DNA of 64,000 nucleotides from Phyllobates terribilis (lineage: Eukaryota): the NCBI RefSeq assembly GCF_046119375.1, contig NW_027362764.1, positions 520,118,001 through 520,182,000 on the forward strand, read 5' to 3'. A program made the translations under genes and the position numbers. The first letter of the stretch is position 1, and every line of letters begins with the position of its first letter. Below, one piece after another: positions 20,458-34,578 of this stretch. The notes beneath the pieces were generated by a model, which made no database searches, was not told the DNA's origin, and saw only the letters and a program-made list of their open reading frames with translations.

Positions 20458-23400
20458 ATGGATTTCAAAGCCAGGGAGACAGCCTGGAGATCCAAAGCTT
20501 CCGATATGTTTAAGCAGGGCCTTTCAGGTGCTGTACAGGATCCTATAAAGGAAAACAGGGATTTAATGATGCAATACAAAATTGAAGTTCAGAAGAAATT
20601 AAGGGTATGGTGGAATAAGACAACATCAGAAAATTATTGTGAACAGAAAATCATCCCTAGGGGATTGCGAGTTCAGGTCTATCCATCCTTTGATCTGGAG
20701 GACATAGATCTTATTAATAGGTGGAAAAATGCCGCTAGTACTTGCTCATTGGAGTTTCTAAAAATAATTATTGAGAAAAATACTATTTCTCTCAATAAAA
20801 TTGATAAAAAAATCGAAGATTTACATAACGATTTGAGAAAGGAGCTCCATTCTGATAGACTTGATAGTTATCTCAAAATTGTGGAAAATGACATTGACAA
20901 GTGGGAAAATGAGATCAGTAAGATCAAGCAAAAGAAATATATACGGGATTTGCATGACTATGAGAATAATAAAATCTTTAAGTGGCAACTACCTAAACGT
21001 AAGATTCAGAATCAATTGAATACCACAAAGCCCTCAGTTGCTGAACCATCTGGTTCAGAAACCAGTACCTCATGTAGTGAGACTGAAGAAATTGCCGAGC
21101 AGATGAGACCTAACACAAGATTACAACAAAGAAAATACCCCTGAGATATTCTCGAAAGGTCTGGCAGGAAACAGGATGATAGATTGAAGGTAATAAACTT
21201 ATCAAACGTGACACTAACAACAACACAGATAAGAGTCTTGGAAAATGGTCTAACATTTTCTCCATCCTCATATTTAGATCAATTCACGGTGGTGAAAGAT
21301 CTCCACCTTTTTGCTAGGAAATTGGTCTTACAAAAGCTTCATTTTAAGTCAGATTTGGATTTACTTTTTCCTACCGAACTGGAAAAGAGGGCCCTTAAAG
21401 ATCTTGAAGATCTAGAGAAAGAAAGTGTACAGAGTACCAGAGGTAGGTTTCCTATGCATCTGGTCCAAAAATCAAAAATCTTTCCCCCACTCTCGACATG
21501 TTTGGCGGTAGATGTCTTTACTAAAATGGTGACTACCGAGATTGAATCACTTCCACGTGCCTCTAGGAGTAGATTTAATCTAAGTCCCGAAGAAAAATTG
21601 GCCCTTGAGGATCTGAAAAAATTACCAAATGTGATCATAAAACCAGCCGATAAAGGTGGGAATTTGGTAATTTGGCCACAAAACCTCTATGAGAAACAAG
21701 CCAATAAAATTCTGGACTTTCCAGGTTGTTACCAAAGACTTACGTACAATCCATTGACCCAATTTCAGTCTCAATTAGTTGCAATCCTTGAAAAAGCATT
21801 TGATGCAGATTTAATTCCCAAGAAATTGGTCGACTTGATTAAAAAATTACGACCAAGATTGTCTACCTTCTATTTACTACCAAAGTTGCATAAGGATCAG
21901 ATGGACCCCCCCGGGAGGCCCATTATCTCTGGTAATGGTAGTCTCTGTGAGAATATTTGTGTCATTATTGATTTTTTTCTACAGCCCTTGGTCCATACTT
22001 TACCATCATATATTAAAGACTCTACTGAAGCCTTGAAAAGAATGGACTCAGTACATTTAGAGACAGGATCTATGATGGTAACTGTTGATGTTGAGGCACT
22101 TTATTCATCAATTAGATATCAAGACGGATTGAAGGCAGTGTCTTTGTTCTTATATGAGAGTAATATTGAGCAATCTATGTCGACATTAATTGTGACTTTA
22201 CTTGAATTTGTTCTAGAACACAATGCCTTTATTTTCAACAAGAAAATGTATTTGCAGAAACAAGGCACCGCAATGGGGGCTTCTTGTGCCCCCTCATATG
22301 CAAATTTATTTTTGGGGGCGTGGGAGAGGTATCTTTTTCAGGGCGATGTCATCGATGACATCCACCTCGTACAGGGGTGGATGAGATTCATCGATGACAT
22401 CTGGTTCATCTGGGAAGGTACTGATGTGCAATTGAAGAGATTTATGGAGCAATTGAGTAACAACGCCTTGAATATTAAATTGACATTTCAATATGGGCGA
22501 GAAGTTAATTTTTTGGACTTACATATCTGGACCACTGATAGTGGATATATCATGACGGATATATATAGAAAGAACACCGCCACTAATACTATACTCCATA
22601 ATACTTCCTCCCATCCACCATCCACCATTAGGGGCATTCCTGTTGGCCAATTTTTGAAGCTAAGACGGATCTGTACAAACAATGAATCTTTTCAATGTCA
22701 ATCACGGGACCTTGTAAGGCGCTTTCAGGACCGTGGATATAGTAAAAGGAATATAATGGCTGGCTTTAAGAGAGCAGTGAACACTGATCGGCAACAACTA
22801 TTATATGGCAATAAGAATATCAGGGAAGATAAATCAGGAATTGTCAGATTTATATCAGACTATAACGTGCAGTGGCCGGAGCTTGGGACGATACTGAGGA
22901 AACATTGGGGAGTCTTGTTAACTGACCCCATATTACAGAAAATTTTACCGCCAAAACCAGTCATGGTTGCAAGACGTTCGAGGAATCTGAAAGATTCCTT
23001 GGTACACAGCCATTATGAAAAAGATTCATTTGTGCGAAAGGTGGATGGCAACAAGATTGGCTTTTTTGTATGTGGAAAATGCAAAGCATGTAAAAATATG
23101 ACCAACAGTAAGGAATTCAGGAATCACGATAATAGTCGAACATATGAGATCAGAAAGTCCTTATCATGTAGTTCAAAGGGTGTTATTTATTATGCGGAAT
23201 GTCCGTGTAAGAAAATATATATTGGGCTTACAACACGAGAATTAAGGATAAGGACTAGGGAGCATATTCTAGATATAGAGAAATCAATGTCCATGGAGGA
23301 AATAACTGGATTGAGAACTCTCCCTAGACATTTCAAGCTCCATGATAACAGTGACCCTAGAGGCCTTACAATAAAAAGCATTGACCAGATTGATATGGGG

Positions 23401-23520
23401 ATTAGAGGCGGTGATCTGAGCCAAGCTCTAGCGAGACTGGAGAGTAAATGGATATTCAGACTGGGCACTATATCCCCTCAAGGCCTGAATGAACAATTCG
23501 GCTTCGCTGCCTTTTTGTGA
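20458..23520 (+). pseudogene. PLE polyprotein (N-terminal domain, RT, Zn-finger, GIY-YIG endonuclease) interrupted by one in-frame TGA at 21142-21144
   Basis: The two track ORFs are in the same frame, 39 nt apart. Motifs IPRGLR...W...CS, KPADKG, PGRPIIS, GTAMG, FIDD, CGKCKAC, VIYYAECPCKKIYIGLT. Confidence 0.9.
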
Positions 23521-25561
23521 CTACATCAGTAATAATTAATTGGGGTGTATGGTATATATTCATATTTACATCCCATTATATTACAACCACAATTTTGAAT
23601 TGTATAATGTTTAACATATATTCCACTATATGTAACTTTAAATCCCAGTTACTTTAATTGTTGCTATATATCCTTCATATTCTAGTATATTTTGTCATTC
23701 CCTTAAATCGTGTCTGGCACCTTTTTAAGCTGATCCGTGTTTTTTATGTGGTTTTAACTTCATCTTGTTCTATCTAGTCCTCACCTGTTGTTCTGGTCGG
23801 TTTCCTTGTGTTTCGTGGTGGAGTTCTCTGTGTTGGTCGTTGTTTGGCTGTATCCTTGGGGTGATCTCGGCAGACCTTTGTAAAAAAGGAAAAGAAAAAT
23901 ATAAGAAGAAAAGACTGGAGCCTTTACTTGAAATTGGATCAACAAACAGCATAAATTCAAACTGTGGACTTTCCAAAAAAAAGAAAAAATATGTATGTGT
24001 GTAGTAATGATATAACCAGTTGTATTTGGAGTAACTATATGTGTCTTATTACATTATTATTATGTACTACACCAACTATTTATATTTTGTATCACTTTTA
24101 CATGTCACTGTAAAACATAGTATGTATATGAATTTAATTATTTTTATTACTTTCGCAACATTATTTTACACATGTCACTTGATACACGTTTCAGCATATT
24201 ATTATATCATATATATAAATTTTTTACTTCATTATATTATATTCTGTTTTTTCATCATTCACATTACAAAATTACATTCAATAATTTTTAATCACCTTTA
24301 TATTTCATACTTTACACAATAATGGATATTAATTTGTTTATATCACTTTATAATTCATATAGAGTATTTTACATTTATATTATATATGTGTCATAAATGG
24401 CATCTGTTGCAATTAATTCATTTATATATTTATATTGTATAATTGATGTCATTTAATATGCAGCGCACTTTTTACATAAGTGCACTTTTATATAGTGCAC
24501 TTTTGCTACTTTGATATTTTCACTGTTATTTAATATATTCATATCATTACTCTATAGCTATCATGATCACATTGTCACATTTGGATTTAATCACTGGTAA
24601 AGCTGTCATCGCACCATGTTTGATGGGGTTCAAATCATACACGATGGGAAATGCAACGTTTATGCACTCACAGGCGCAATCCAAGCTTCGCTACTCCTAT
24701 ATGGGGAATTCATCACGGAGAGTGCGCATGAGCACGAGCGGACCTGTGGGACTTCCGGTCTTGCGCACTATACACAGCGTGCGTTCCACCGCATGCGTGT
24801 CAGGCGCCATATTCCGGAAGTCCTGTTACATACACGGGATTCCCAGTAATGCGGTCATGCGCCAAAATCACTCCGACATTGATGATTATTGAAATTAGCT
24901 GGTGGGGGACTTATAAAAACGGAAGGCTGCGCACATAGTACACGCCCCTATTGAAGAAGCACATTAGCGAAACGGCGTCGTCGGGGCAGGCTCTTCTAAG
25001 GAGACCTCCAGATACACAGTGCTATCAATAATCCCTTTGTAAGTATAATGGCCGGCTCAATTTGGATACTACTATAGGCATCTAATACTTAGGTCCCAAT
25101 TACACTATATTTACTTGAACTACTTTGGCACTTTATAATATGAATATATTCTCTAATTATTTTGGTACTTGATATTTATCTATGATGCTTGACTTTGTAT
25201 TCTATATACTGTGCACAATATTAATTAAGAGCATTTTTTGTGGGAATAGTGCAATTTGTTCTGATGTCCTAGTTTATATGGGCCTGGAGTCATATCAAAA
25301 TTCTTGCAGGTATATTAATTAGGGATAATATTATATGTGACTGAATTGATTTGGAGGGGTCTCCTTTAATGTTTTTAGGTTTCTGCTTTTACTTATCTTT
25401 TATTGTATTTTAATGAATTATATTCTTAAATTGGTGAAATAAAAGAATGATTTTATTAGATTTTGTTGTATATCTTCCTTAAACCAGGTTTATAACTGTG
25501 GTTTGTGTGTGTAAAGATTCTATGGCGGAGGAATATTTATTGACCTTTTTTGATATAAACT
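23515..25561 (+). repeat. Downstream pseudo-LTR of the PLE
   Basis: Direct repeat of 18148-20416. Begins within the ORF stop region and ends at the intron branch point. Confidence 0.93.
24944..24987 (+). ncRNA. Second copy of the variant hammerhead ribozyme
   Basis: Identical to 19799-19842. Confidence 0.8.
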
Positions 25562-26698
25562 ATGTATGAATTGTGACTTACTTTGTTTCTGGAGGGAGTT
25601 GCACCCGATGGTAAGATTCATTGCTCCAGCTGATGAGGTCGAGCTTCTGGAGTCTCTGCAAAAGGACTGAGTCGCTGCAGTGCTAGTTGCCTGTGCATTT
25701 GAATTTAAACTTTGTATAAATCAACAGTTCAATCAATATTATGCACTTTGTATGATATCCTATCAAAAGAAATATGTTTTTTTCTGCACTTATAAACCAT
25801 TTTCCTGCCCCTGCAGCCCAAACTCATCATTCACTCTAAAAAAAAATCCAGCTCACTGAGGAGTCAGATTACAGCTGGCAATTCAAGTCTATAAACAGGG
25901 AGATGAAGGGGCAGAAAGGTAGATTGACAAATCCTTTTGCTGCTTTATAGAAAGTGTTTTAACTCATCCCAGTGCAAATACACTGCTCAGTACTGCTGTA
26001 TAAGTTTAACATGCTAGTGATGCTTCAGCTGGGTTACATAGAAACTATGTAACAGGAATCTCATAAGTATCTGTGTCCTGTGTATGGTAGACATCATAGC
26101 ACCTAGACACCGCCAACCAGCTCAACTGATGTATGGTAGACATACATGGTAGACATCACAGCACCAAGCCACCGCCAACTAGCTTAGAGACAACTGATTA
26201 TTGGAGATAGGACCTGCATTGGGTTAAAATTGGTGAGAATTGCAGGATAGTAATGGTGTTATTTTTCATGTAAATATAAAACAGCTTATTCTGAAAAAAC
26301 ACCTGTAATGACAGGTACACTGGAAGTAAAATTAGGATTTAACATAAAATGTAATGATATTTATCAAATAAATAAAATGTTTGTTTTTCAATGCCATAAT
26401 ATGATAGACACTTGCATTCTAACAGTCACAGACAATTTTGTTCAGCATAATTGACTTTCAGATTTAAAAAATTGCCTGTAAGTCAATAATGTGCTAGTGC
26501 ACATGAGCAATTCACAGCATGTGAATGAGAGACTGCCAGATAAGCGCATATAGCTGCACATGGATGTTGTCCACATTTTGCGCACATGACTGGCCCAATG
26601 TTTGACACAAAGCATTTTTTACACACATTTTTTCCAATGCATTTTTACGTGAGCAGAACAAAAACTCTGCGTCTGTACGACTCTATAGTTAAATATAA

Positions 26699-26940
26699 GG
26701 GCTTATTCACAAGTCAGTATTTGGTCTTAGAGCTCATTCACAGATCAGTAGTTTTGATCAGTATTTCATCAGTATTTGTATGCCAAACCCAGGAATGTCT
26801 TCAAAACACAGAACAGGTATCAATGTTTCAATTCAGTGAAAAACTATAATTGAAATATTGACACCTGTTCTTTGTTTTGGAGACCCTCCTGGTTTTGACA
26901 TCTAAATACTGATCAAAAATACTGACATATGAATAAAGTC
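26699..26940. mobile_element. Short T2/Kolobok-like MITE
   Basis: Imperfect TIRs GGGCTTATTCAC...TGAATAAAGTC with degraded TTAA flanks and internal cagtattt/aaatactg inverted repeats. Confidence 0.5.
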
Positions 26941-27073
26941 TAAGACAAAATAATCAAACAGTATCCGAAGCTCTTGGAGGTTTTTCCCACTTACCACTAA
27001 TGTTTTACTCTTTCAAGGTGATCAATCCCACTGAAATGAAACTGATTAGAGCAAGTTATAGTGCAATTATTAA

Positions 27074-27949
27074 CCCCTTTACCCCAGACGGTGGTTTGCA
27101 TGTTAATGACCAGGCCAATTTTTACAATTCTGACCACTGTCACTTTATGAGGTAATAACTCTGGAACACTTCAACGGATCCCCCTGATTCTGAGAATGCT
27201 TTTTCGTGACATATTGAACTTCATGATAGTGGTAAAATTTCTTCAATATGACTTGCGTTTATCTGTGAAAAAATCTGAAATTTGGTGAAAATTTTGCAAT
27301 TTTCAAACTTTGAATTTTCATGTCCTTAAATCAGAGTCATTTGATTTTTTGAATGTAAAATATGCTTGGATAATTAGCAGACGCCATGTTGCATTTGGAG
27401 AGCTACCGATGTGCCTAAACAGTGGAAACCTCCCACAAGTGACACTATTTTGAAAACTAGACCCCTCAGGGAACTTATCTAGATGTGTGATGACCACCTT
27501 GAACCCCCAGGTGCTTCACAGAAGTTTATAACATTGAGCCGTAAAAATAAAATTTTCACATTTTTCCCACAAAAATGTTTTTCAGCCCCCAATTTTGCAT
27601 TTTTATAAGGGTAACAGGAGAAATTGCACCATGACAACCACCGGGATCCCGCACAGACAGCGCGGAATGCTGGAGAGGAGGTAAGTATCGGCGCTTACCT
27701 CCCCTTGCCACCGGAATGCTGCAATCGACTTTGATCGCATGATTTTGGGGGTTAATGTGCCGGGAGCGGTGCGGGACTGCTCCTGGCACATAGTACAGGT
27801 TGTCAGCTGTGACAATCAGCAGACACCCGGCGACAATCGCCCCCCACAGCTTGGGTGCGGGCGCGATCACATTCTGCGTAATAGTACGTCCCTGGCCCAA
27901 TAGGCCCAGGGCACAAGGACGTACTATTACCACAAATGTCAGAAAGGGG
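27074..27949. mobile_element. piggyBac-like non-autonomous element
   Basis: TTAA|CCCCTTT...AAAGGGG|TTAA (TSD 27070-73, 27950-53). No ORF. Confidence 0.85.
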
Positions 27950-28837
27950 TTAAATATGTCCATGTGTAAAATGTGTCGATGAGAAATAATGTGCATTTTT
28001 TTTCTACCCTTTTCTCACTTGGTCATACTGAACACAAACCGTGCCTTCCTGTATTGTGTTTAGAAACAGTGCAGAAGAAAGTGTGTTCTTTAAGGCAGGT
28101 GAAATATATGGGAGTTCATTAGCAAATAAATATTTATTTTTAGTTTGGGCCAGAGGAGAGCAACGGGTTTTTCTTTTTTCAGTCAGTCAGAGATGTAGTT
28201 GTTGGTTGTAACGTTGAAGTATGAGCAGGAGGGATAACTCATAGGAGTGGAAAAGTTCAGGGCCAGTGGGCTGAAGGTCGACAGTGATCTAGCAAGAGGC
28301 AGAGAAAGAGAGAAGTAGCACTATGGAAAAAGAAGCGGTAAACTGCATGGAAACTTCCCTAAATGTCCGGGGCCTATGACCCGGAGAAGGCGTGGAGGCC
28401 TTACTCACTTACTCTCTCACAAAAAGGGGAAACAGACGGGGACATCCCTATAGTAAACAGAACCAGGTTCTGGAAAGCTGAGGTACCGGGTGGATCATAC
28501 CTGGAGAACAAAGGGTTAGGAGTGAAAGGGGTATTGAAGAAGGCTGAAACTCTCTGTGGAATCCCAATGTGCTGTAACTGAGACCAAAACTGAACTGAAC
28601 GTTTTAAGTAAAGTTGAACTGTTAAATAAGGAACAAGAGACCATGCTTGATTGTTTGCCTGCAGCTGAGGTCAGAGTCCCGGAGCAGATAGGATCCTCAA
28701 CAGAAAATGTAAGTGTAATCTACTACACACAGCCCACAAGAAGAACAGGACTTTATTTTTTATTTATGGGGAGCCAGGATGTGGGAGAAGAACAGCAACC
28801 CCTCGCCATGACTACCACCCTGTGCCCCTCACAAAAT

Positions 28838-28855
28838 TGGCGTAGTCGGCAGGAT
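28838..28855 (+). promoter_or_regulatory. Primer binding site complementary to tRNA-Ser 3' end
   Basis: TGGCGTAGTCGGCAGGAT(TC) is the reverse complement of the vertebrate tRNA-Ser 3' end (GA)ATCCTGCCGACTACGCCA. It lies 4 nt after the LTR CA. Confidence 0.88.
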
Positions 28856-31074
28856 TCAGAGTCCTTGCACAGAGAGCATGGAGGAACCCCTGAAACAGTT
28901 AAGATGGCAGCTGTTAGAAGTCCCAAAATAGCGGCCTTTGAAAATTCTAAAATGGTGGATGATGGCGTAGAGGCTTGTGGTAGCTCTGCCCATCATGGGA
29001 GTTGTAGCAGCAAAATGGTGCTGAAATCTGTATGAATTGGGCAGAAGACCACCCATCATGAGTGGTGCCCGCCCATGGGGGGGCGCAACGAAAGAAAAAG
29101 AAACCCCACCGATTGCTGCAAGTCAATGAAAAACGGGAGGGACTCCCAAGAAATGGGCAGGTGAGACGGAAGAATACCCACCCCAGAAGAGTACGCTTAA
29201 AGCAGAGTGGGCTGGCGCCATTGCTCGTGAGAATAATAGAGAAGGAGCAGCAAGTCATGGAGCGGTCCGAAGTGACTAGAGAGATAAAGAGATAACGGCC
29301 ACAGTATAAAACATGGTGGCCAGACATGAAGGGTATGCCCTGTAATGCCCCAGTTGTGTTTGTTGCACTAAGAAAATGAAGCCAGGGAATGTTCTGCATC
29401 CCTGAGGGCAGGAGCCCTCTAGAAAAGACCACAGGCATCCGGAACTGGCCAGCATGGCCACAGTTAAAGAAAAAAAAAGTTTGTTTTTTTGTGGTTTTCC
29501 CCATTCAAGTTATTTTGCTTTTGTTGCACTTTCCCCTGCTGGATTATGGGACTTAAACTCCTAAAGGTTTAATCACCCCTTATGCAACAGAAATGAACTG
29601 TGTGTGTAGCTGCTCTCAGGACTATGCCCTTTCTTTCCTTGAACTGCCTTTACTCTTACCTTGGACACTCCCTACAGGAGCTGATGAGCAGCACACTTGC
29701 TTTAAAGGGGCCGTAGTGTACAAAAAGGAGGGAGGGGGAAAACTAGCCAGATGACCCAGCCAGGTCATTGAGATCCAAAAACTTTGGACACTGTGTCAGG
29801 GTCCCCGGAGCAATGGGACTGGGGTAAGTCGGACCTGTGTTTAAAAAGAAACTTGGACACTTAGTGTTGGGTCCCCGGAGCAGTGGGACCAGGGTAAGGT
29901 GGACCCATGTGAAAAATGGATGATCCAGTGTGCGTGCCAGGTTAAAGAAGAGAAGGACTGTGCCCATGGATGATTGGGTGACTGTTACTTGTTTGGGCCA
30001 AAGGGCTGGTTTAATAAAGAGCTTGAACTTTGTTGTTCCAGGGTCCCAACCGAGTGGGATCGTGACTAGTCCTGACCAGGAGCAGGGTCAGTGATGGTCG
30101 ACAAGAAGAAAAGGGACACTTGTTTACTAAGAAAGAAAATGTTTTAAATGTGGTGTTATACTTATGTGAATGTTTTGGCACTGTTATGGTCGGGGTCGAC
30201 CATATTTTAGGAGGGAGGTATGTAAGAGTGTGCCAGGGGCTGTTATATGCCTCTCCCTCTTTAAACAGTGTTTGTACTAAAATGTAATGTATTGTGATCA
30301 ATGTATAATGTTATTCATGTATAGTGTATTGGGAAGGAATAGGATAGTTAGTGATAGATAGGAACATTAGGGCAGATAGCCAGTGGTGGGCCTATTAGTG
30401 TAAAAGATATAAAGCATAGCATAGGACTTAGGGATTAAGTTAGAAAGGAGGAAGATTTAGTTGGGGGCACCTTAGATATAGAAGGTTTAGGGACTGCAGT
30501 AGGATAGTAATGGGGAAGTTTTGCCCACCTACCGAAGAATAGTTGTTGATTGGTCGAGTCAAAAGGTGGAGGAGTTTGGGCCAGAGAAGAGCAACGTTTT
30601 TTTCTTTTTCCAGTCAGTCAGTCAGAGATGTAGTTGTTGGTTGTAACGTTAAAGTATGAGCAGGAGGGATAACTGATAGGAGTGGAAAAGTTCAGGGCCA
30701 GTGGGCTGAAGGTCGAAAATGGTATAGCAAGAGGCAGAGAAAGAGAGAAGCAGCACTAAGGAAAAAGAAGCGGTAAACTGCAAGGAAACTTCCCTAAACG
30801 TCCAGGGCCTATGGCCCGGAGAAGGCGTGGAGGCCTTACTCACTTCCCAAGAAGGGGACAGGGATGGGGATGTCCCTATAGGAAGCAGAACCGGATTCTA
30901 CAAAGCTGCAGTACTGGGTGGATCATACCTGGGGAACAAAGAGTTAGGAGTGAAAGGGGTATTGAAGAAGGCTGAAACTGTGTCTGTGGAACCTCAATGT
31001 GCTGTAACTGAGGCCAAAACTGAACTGAATGTTTTAAGTAAAGTTGAACTGTTAAATAAGGAACAAGAGACCAT

Positions 31075-31861
31075 TGTCACTGCAGGAATAGTGCTGTTGC
31101 TTCAAAAGCAACCAGCAACTATTAGAAGTAACACAAGCACAGGAGACAGGAAGTGTTGTGCTCCAGAAGCATCCAGCAACTAGAGGGATTAACACAGTCA
31201 CAGGAGACAGGGAGTGTTTAGCAGAGCCCCAGTGGGATTCTGGGGATGTTGTTTACTGTCTGGCTTGGACCGAAGAGAAAGGTGGTGTGTGATGTGTATC
31301 TCTCAGAAGGCAAGGGAACAGAATTCCGTCAGGAGGGAAGCTAAACACAGGTCAGATAGACTCCCTGAGCTAACAGTGTGGAGTATTATCGGGCAGAAAG
31401 ATAAGGACTGGAAGGAATCATGTCATAGGGATCATCTCCCTCATCCAATCCTCCCCCCTTCATCTCCATGCAGGATAAAGAATGCTGTTTACTATTGAGT
31501 CATTGTGAAGGAAAAGCCTGTGGTTGTGTATACATGGAAGTGTGCTGCTAAGAGATCTAATCTGTGCTGAGTTATGCTACTGAACAGACTGACGTTACTG
31601 TGGGTGCTTTAATAGACTGTACTATAATGAAGAGTGTTGCTGTAATATCCCTGAATCGCACTGGCCGTTCTTCATATTAAATTCCACTGTTTAACTGTTG
31701 AAAAAGACTCTTGTCAGATGTGTCTGGTCAGCAATTAAAACCATCATGTGCCTGAGAGAAGCTGCAGCCTATGGTCGCCCTGAGTAATGGTTCCCCCAGG
31801 ATTCCAACGAATTCATGAAACTTGTCTCGCCCTATCTGAACTTAGCGGCGTGCGTTTAACA
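31075..31861. mobile_element. Solo LTR nested in the 3' LTR
   Basis: TGTCAC...TTAACA, 4-bp TSD CCAT (31071-74, 31862-65). Absent from the paralogous LTR at ~28640. Confidence 0.9.
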
Positions 31862-32074
31862 CCATGCTTGATTGTTTGCCTGCAGCTGAGGTCGGAGTCC
31901 AGGAGTAGATGGGATCCTCAACAGAAAATGTAAATGTTATATACTACACACAGCCCATACGAAGAACAGGAATTTATTTTTTATTTGTGGGTAGCCAGAG
32001 CATGGGAGAAGAGCAGCAACCCCTCTCCATGAGTACCACCCTGCGCCCCTCACATGTGCACATTTCTGCGACTT

Positions 32075-32340
32075 GTATATGTACAAGATTGCATGTGTAT
32101 ACGTGACTGCATTTGCGTATGTGCGTGACTGCATGTGAGCATGTGTTTGACTACATGTGCATGACCGTGTGTGTGCATACCTGCTGGTGTCTGACTATGT
32201 GACTGCGTGTGTGTGCACAAGACTGCGTGTGTGCGTGACTGCATGCTTGACTGCATGTATGTACAAGAGCGTGTATGTGTGACTGCATGCGTGACTGTGT
32301 GTGTATGCATGACTGCATGTGTGTGACTGCATATGTGTTT
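32075..32340. repeat. Degenerate TG/TGAC/TGCA simple repeat
   Basis: Low-complexity gtgactgcatgtgt units. Confidence 0.8.
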
Positions 32341-33459
32341 ATGTTAAACTAGAAGAGCCAGGAGTTAACTGGTATATAAGAGCATTTTTATTTTATTCAT
32401 AAGATACACATATAGATACAGTACAAAGGCAGAAATCCGTAAAAGAAAACAATAGTAAACAGTGAATGCAGCCGAACCCACTACCCTGAAAAACAGATCC
32501 CCCAGATTGTTCTATTGCAAAAAAGTACAGTGCAGGTAGATATCACAGTGGTGAGGCATGATCAAATTATATTCAAATATCACAGGACAGTGCCAAGGTA
32601 AATAATGTAATCATTAGACCTTACCAATAGAGATGGGGATGTGAGAGCCAAGGGGAGGATGGCTGGAAACAGTGTGTGTATGTGCGTCAGTGAGTGGGTG
32701 TGTGTCTACATCTGCGTGTGGACCAGTTTACAAAAAAAAGATGTACATCCGAGGATTATCAATGACTACCTAACAAATTTATCCACTAAAAAATGTATTC
32801 AATTTAGAAAAAAAAAAAAAACAGCTATGCGGGGGCTCATACTGTTTCTAGGAAGCTAAGTGGGGGCTCATACTGTATCTAGGAGGCTATGTGGGGGCTC
32901 ATACTGTATCTAGGGAGCCATGTGCAGGCTCATACTGTATATAGGAGGCAATACGGGGGCTCATACTGTATCTAGGGAGTTATGTGCGGGCTCATACTGT
33001 ATAAAGGAGGCTATATGGGGGCTCAAACTGTGTCTAGGGAGCCACGTGCAGGTTCATACTGTATATAGGAGGCAATATGGGGCTCATACTGTATCTAGGG
33101 AGCTTTGTGTTCTCATAGTATATATTGAAGGCTATATAGAGGCTCATACTGTGTCTAGGGAGCCACATGCAGGCTCATACTGTATATAGGCTATATGGGG
33201 GCTCATACTGTATCTGGGAACTATGTGTGGGCTCATACTGTATATAGGAGGTTATATGGGGGCTCATACTGTGTCTAGGGAGCCACTTGCAGGCTCATAC
33301 TGTATATAGGAGGCTTTATGGGGGCTCATACTGTATATAGGAGGCTATATGGGGGCTCATATTGTATATAGGAGGCTATGTGTGGGCTCATAGTATATAT
33401 AGGAGGCTATATAGGGGCTCATACTGTATCTAGTAAGCCACATACAGGCTCATACTGTA

Positions 33460-34578
33460 CAAGTTTACATACCCCGGCAGAATTTTTCCTTTCTTGGCCT
33501 TGTTTCAGAGAATATGAATGATAACAAAAAAACTTTTTCTCCACTCATGGTTATTGGTTGGGTGAAGACATTTATTGTCAAACTACTGTGTTTTCTCTTT
33601 TTAAATCTTAATGACAACCAAAAACATCCTAATGACCCTGATCAAAATTCACATACCCTGGTGATTTTGGCCTGATAACATGCACAAAATTTGACACAAA
33701 TGGGTTTGAATGGCTACTAAAGGTAACATCCTCACCTGTGACCTGTTTGCTTGTAATCAGTGTGTGTGCATAAAAGCTGAGTGAGTTTCTGGGATCCAGA
33801 CAGACTCTTGCATCTCTCTGGAACTTTTTGGCCACAACCATAAACGTTACATTTGGAGAGAGGTCAACAAGGCCTATAATGAAAGGAACACCATTCCTAC
33901 AGTAAAGCACGGAGGTGGATCACTGATGTTTTGGGATGTGTGAACTACAAAGGCACAGGAAACTTGGTAAAAGTTGAAGGAAAGATGAATGCAGCAAATA
34001 CTGGAGGCAAATTTGCACTCATCGGCCCGGAAGCTGTGCATGGGACGTAATTGGACATTCCAACATGACAACGATCCAAAACACAAGGCCAAGTCGACCT
34101 GTAGTTGGCTACAGCAGAACAAAGTGAAGGTTCTGGAGTGGCCATCTCAGTCTCCTGACCTCAATATCATTGAGCCGCTCTGGGGAGCTCTCAAGTGCGC
34201 AGTTCATGCTAGACAGCCCAGGAATTTACGGGAACTGGAGGCTTTTTGCCAAGAAGAATGGGCAGCTTTACCATCTGAGAAACTAAAGAACCTCATCTAT
34301 AACTACCACAAAAGACTTCAAGCTGTCATTGATGTTAGAGGGGGGCAATACACGGTATTAAGGACTGGGGTATGTGAACTTTTGATGAGGGTCATTTGGA
34401 TGTTTTTGGTTGTCATAAGATTTGAAAAGAGAAAACACAGTAGTTTAGTAATAAATGTCTTCACCCAACCAATAACCATGAGTGGAGAAAAAGTTTTTTT
34501 GTTATCAAACATATTCTCTGAAACAAGGCCAGAAAGGAAAAAGTCAGCCGAGATATGTAAACGTTTGAGCACATACTG
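33460..34578 (+). mobile_element. Internally deleted Tc1-like element (DD34E remnant)
   Basis: ~200-bp TIRs with AAGTTTACATAC, TA flanks. Only the C-terminal half of the transposase remains (QHDNDPKH...[12 protein letters not shown]). Confidence 0.88.

Larger units (their letters stand above)
18148..25561 (+). mobile_element. Penelope-like element (Neptune-type) with two direct pseudo-LTRs
   Basis: RT plus GIY-YIG ORF. Direct repeats 18148-20416 and 23515-25561. A 17-bp duplication ATGTATGAATTGTGACT at 18139-18155 and 25562-25578, of which the last 8 nt are also element sequence. Confidence 0.95.
28143..32054 (+). mobile_element. Internally deleted, non-autonomous LTR element primed by tRNA-Ser
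   Basis: 5'-truncated LTR 28143-28833, PBS, 1.4-kb internal region with decayed gag-like sequence and no pol, PPT TTTTAGGAGGGAGG, 3' LTR 30221-32054. Confidence 0.85.

Noticed and set aside
20458-21144. Separate ORF1 gene upstream of the PLE RT
   Set aside because: In frame with the RT ORF and resembles the Neptune N-terminal region, so it is better explained as one ORF with a stop.
25630-25680. CTGATGAG hammerhead-like core
   Set aside because: No correctly placed GAAA or helix III.
25582-25690. Candidate 109-nt minus-strand host exon (ATSTAATQSF...SLQKQ)
   Set aside because: Splice signals and an open frame exist, but part of it is the inverted tail of the older PLE-type remnant and the peptide is unrecognised. 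It cannot be supported without a search.
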